Assembly (NCBI GenBank): GCA_004764695.1
Contig: SMSO01000032.1
Coordinates: forward strand, 4,124,483 to 4,188,482
Reading direction: 5' to 3'
DNA: 64,000 nucleotides
DNA from: Schizochytrium sp. TIO01
Lineage: Eukaryota > Protista > Bigyra: Labyrinthulomycetes
Part shown: positions 60,130-64,000 of the stretch, in pieces
Layout of the letters: every line of letters starts with the position of its first letter
Position numbering within the stretch: position 1 is the first letter of the stretch
The notes under the pieces: model-generated
What the model saw: the letters and a program-made list of their open reading frames with translations, nothing else
What the model was told of the DNA's origin: nothing
Database searches by the model: none
Program-made: the position numbers and the translations under genes

Positions 60130-60300
60130 GCCTTCTTCTTCTTCTCTCTCTTTCTTTCTTTCTTTCCTTTCTCTCTCTCTTTCTTTCTCTTCTCTTTTCT
60201 TATCTCTCTCTCTCTCTCTCTCTTTCTCTTTATTTCTTCCTTCCTTTCTTTCTTCCTTTCTTTCTTTCTTTCTTTCTTTCTTCCTGTCTTTTTTTCTTTC
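60130..60300. repeat. Polypyrimidine (CT)n/(TTTC)n tract
   Basis: About 170 bp of almost pure C/T upstream of the 932-aa gene. Confidence 0.9.
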
Positions 60301-62502
60301 TGCTAGTATCCAGCTAAGTACCTCCTATTGTAGAAAATGGAATGAAATCAAATCAACAACAAAAATGAAAAAATAATTGATATGAAGTGAAGTGAGGTAG
60401 AGAACTGCAGTGAAGGTGAAATCGAACAGAATGTTCACATGTGATAGAGAGCATCGCGATCAACGATTCTGCACGAGCTGATGCTGTGCATTCGACGTCT
60501 GCATTGATCTCCTCTTGTGCACGTGCTCGCTCTTCATGTCGCTTTCTCGCGAGCTGTGGAATAATTGAGTGTTCATGTTGGATGTACACGAACAATCCGT
60601 AGCTCTAGTTCTACTTTGGGGGTTAAATCCTTACCCAGAATTCCTCTGTGAGCTCGAGAAGGCCTTTGTAAACTTGGCCTTCGGCGGCAGCGAACTTGAG
60701 CTGAGAAGCAATTGAAGATTGAGAAAGGCCCAAAACAAGGAATCTGAAGCTTGCAAAATCTTGGGATCGAAGAAACAGCTACGCTCCTGCGTGTGAATAT
60801 GGATGCTACAGGGATCCCGGGCCACTTCATTGATTTATTGAGTGATTCATCGATTTGGCCTGCATCGTTAAACCTGTGTGAGGGATTCCTTATCCAAATT
60901 TGAGCTTACGGATGTGGCTTTGTCGGTAATTATCCAACATGGTCGTTGCAGTGGCTTGAGCGAGGCTCGTGGCCAAGTTCGTACTACACCTTGCAATGTG
61001 AAAGAGCGAACTTGCTCAATTCGAGCATTTGTTTCAGGTTCTTTTTATAAAATTATTCATTTAAAAGTTTTTTTTTTTTTTTTTTTAAACTTCAAATTGT
61101 AAAATCAATAAAATTAAAATAAAATAAACATTAAAGTTAAAAAGGAACAACTTTAGCAAATAAAGATCTCCGCCTTTTCAAGTGCCGAATGATCATCTGA
61201 AAACGAGGATAAGTTTAAAAGGAGGCCAAATACAGTAAGGAATAAAAGGGAGGAAGTTCTTTGCTTTCTCTTTCCTTTCATCATTCTTGAGGTTATATTT
61301 CTTCCCATTTCTCAGCAGCAGTTAGTTTAGCCCACTTGCCTTTCGTTTGCTCTACTGTATCCCCTCCATAGTCGACTTGTGGCTCTATACTCCACTTGCT
61401 ATAGCCCACTTGCCTTCGCCAGCTCGCGTAGCGACCCTCAGCCTGTGACATTCTGCGAAAAGGCTCCAGCCAGAGCCTCGGATCTCTGTTAGTCGATGAA
61501 GGCCACCGTTGCCTCGAGATTGCAGTGGACGTGGACCAAAGAACAGCGGTCTTCAGCCAGCCAGCTAGCTTCGCTTTGCCCGCTTTCTTTGCCCTCAGGC
61601 GCTTCCCATTCTTATCATTTGGTCTTTCATTCATTCGAGTTCTTTCAATCCCTCCTTCTTATCAATAAGTTCCTTTTTCAATACGTAGTGCTACGTAGGA
61701 GGTTGGTAAAAGGAATTAACTAAAAGTTGGTTTTATCGCAGCATGTAAGCAACTCCAGGGCTGTGGCCAATGCTAACTGCTATTTCTTTCTTTTTTTTTT
61801 CCCTTTTTTTTTCTTTCTTTTTTCTTCTTTCTTTTCTTCTTTCTTTCTCTTTCGTTGGTGAGTAATCTAGCACTCCTAGTGGCGCTAGCGGATGCTTAGC
61901 GCGGAGGCTTCAATATTGCATCGCCTTCGTAAGCACAGGGGTGTCTCGAAGATGCCTATTGAACGTGCTCGACCACTCTTTGTGCTCTTCGATTCCCTCA
62001 ATGTCTTGATTGCTTCCTTGCTTGCCATCCCCACCATCTTCAAAGTGGTTCTTCTGGTGGGCTGACACGTTTGAGGAGACATCTTTCGAGGCGAAGCGGA
62101 GATTTGGACGAACTTGAAGACCGAAACGATCTTGCAAACCTATTTATGTATGCACGTCCTGCAAAACCTCTACAAAAAGATACAGTGGGAAATATAGATA
62201 TCGAGGGTAGTAGTCCCTAGTGTCCACCTAGGTATCCAAGTTGCAGGTAAGGAAGTAGGCATCTTATTAACTAGCAGGAGTGGGTTAGTTAACTCTGCTT
62301 TGGGCAGCTCATCGAAAAGACTGTTGCTCTGCTTTCAATAGCTGTCTTATACGAGCGGATCTTAATCGAGCTCCTACAGCAACACTTATGCGCTTATGAA
62401 AACGTTCGAGCTTGTATAACCTCCAAATGTTTGATAGTGTCTATTTTATATGAATGATGTAATTGCTCAGATCTTTGTTAAGAAGTGGGGTGAGGTAAGA
62501 TA

Positions 62503-63130
62503 ATGGCACGGCCAAGGAACCACTAAGCTTCAAACACTACAAGTGAAGCAAACCTTCAATATAAGCAACCAAAGTACTTCAACCGAAGGCTTGGTGTCTC
62601 AGCAAGTGCACCTCCGGCGCTTCCATGGAGGGAATCGCAATTACGCAAGTGACGATGTTGAAAGTATGTATGGCCGAGGTTTGTTCCGGCAGCCACGAGC
62701 AACGCAGCGCTTATCCGTACCAATATCTACGCCCTAATACCCTCCGCCAAACAAGGAAAGGATTCCAAACGCTAGATCGGTGACCTTCAACGTGCCTATC
62801 CAGACCCCTAACCGTCTACAAAGACATCCGTAGTGAGGTCAACTTCAAAAGGCCGGGCTTGCGCGCCCTCCTGATAGCAGCAGAGACGGCCAGGCTATCG
62901 AAGACTACTGCACTTAACTCAGGAGATAGTCTGGCGTTACCAAAAGAGCTTATAACGTTGCCTTTCATTATGATTTGTCTAAAGGTAAAAACGAAGCCGT
63001 GGCCGTACATCAAGATGTATGCATCAGGAAGGATCCTAAAACGAAGCAAGTCCTGAACGACGAAGAAGACAATTCCAAAGTGTTTGGCCATAGCTATGGA
63101 GAAAAGAAAACATCACGCCTTAACGGAGAT
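62503..63130 (+). pseudogene. tnpA: IS607-family TnpA serine recombinase pseudogene
   Basis: Across frames: HTH-like VKQTFNISNQ...GGNRNYASDDVE; IYALIPSAKQGKDSKR*IGDLQRAYPD (from 62725; compare IYARVSSxKQxxDLxRQ); VYKDIRSEVNFKRPGLRALL (from 62814; compare DIxSGxNFKRxGLxxLL). Confidence 0.85.
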
Positions 63131-64000
63131 ATGGACGCACCTAATCAGGTCTTCGGAGTACCACAAGCTTTGCGCGAGTTTTTCAAAGCTCTCGATGCTG
63201 CGAGTAAAAAATGAGAAATTAGCCGTTCATAAAAAAACTTTGCATTCGCCTTCTTACAAAGTTCATACAAAACGTGATAAAATCCAATTATCCAGCTCGG
63301 CTCAAGCGATTGGAACATAAGAGAATGCAAAACCTCACTCTTTTTCAAGAGCTTTTGGACTCGCAAAGAAATGTTATCTGGCCACGTAACGAACGCCATG
63401 CGTGTGCAAATCATTCTCCTAGCTCATGTTTACTTCTGCTTTTGCACGAAGGAAAAGCCCGGTCAGAAGATTAATCACCCGATCTGCACCATAGTACCAT
63501 TGCCTCGGAACCAGGAGTACGTTTGTTTCAGACCATGTACGACGCTGATGGCCGAGCCATTGAACGGAAGACACAAAACCCATATATTTTCTCTGTCGCC
63601 GCGCGGATATGATTGAAAGTAATCTGGCCAAAAAGAAAGAAGGCAAAACTGCTTTGAGACGCGCATCCCTCCGCGCATTACTCAAGAACAAGCCTATCGG
63701 GATTCACCGCAAGCTTGTACCTTGGTTCTGTGAAAGCTATCGTGTTATTCTTTTGCCTAAATTTGAGACCACCCAGATGGTCAACAAGCTAAGAAGTCAG
63801 ATCAAATGCAAGACTGCTCGAATGATGTGTCCTTGGGGCCACTTTAGCTTCTCCCAAGCGCCCATTGTTAACTTTCTATTTACCGAGTGGATTTCACTTC
63901 AAAAACATGCAATGAATATGGTACCATACACGACAAGCTCGGAACATCTATGTTTTCCAATACCCCAAAATGCATTACAATCCTGATCGTGATATCCCTT
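63130..64000 (+). pseudogene. Fanzor2/TnpB RNA-guided nuclease pseudogene
   Basis: RuvC-I relic HSTIASEPGVRLFQTMYDADG (from 63490; compare IALDPGVRTFQTxYD); IHRKLVPWFCESYRVILLPKFETTQMV...KTARMMCPWGHFSF; TEW..SKTCNEYGTIHDKLG...PKC zinc-ribbon relic; DRDI at 63985. Confidence 0.88.

Larger units (their letters stand above)
62503..64000 (+). mobile_element. Degraded IS607-type (Fanzor2) transposon, truncated by the window end
   Basis: A TnpA serine-recombinase relic is followed on the same strand by a TnpB/Fanzor RuvC relic. The left boundary is not determined. Confidence 0.85.

Overview
Gene-dense eukaryotic nuclear DNA with few, short GT-AG introns and (TTTC)n/(TCAT)n microsatellites. The style suggests a stramenopile protist such as a thraustochytrid, but this is an inference. 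About 20 protein genes are supported. Clear housekeeping genes are Rab1/Ypt1, mitochondrial bL32, proteasome RPT2, WDR24 (GATOR2), eS12, TRM112 and a sterol glucosyltransferase. Multidomain or orphan genes are MORN, DUF4470, TM-coiled-coil-PAN, TPR-prefoldin-1, TPR-cNMP, WW-PH-SAM and an NCOA5-like RRM protein. The most notable observations are: (1) a heavily decayed IS607-type element at the right end, with a serine-recombinase TnpA relic and a Fanzor2/TnpB-type RuvC nuclease relic, largely invisible in the ORF track; (2) a ~1250-aa orphan with 16 copies of a [KR]NxIPxGxGLARTP repeat plus D-box/KEN degrons; (3) an apparent STI1-like TPR-prefoldin-1 fusion; (4) a protein that may join a GID4/Vid24-like segment to an Elongin-A-like BC-box. 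Three genes are broken by single frameshifts at simple repeats, most likely assembly errors. No tRNA, rRNA or CRISPR array was recognised. All family calls come from motif recognition by eye; no database searches were run.
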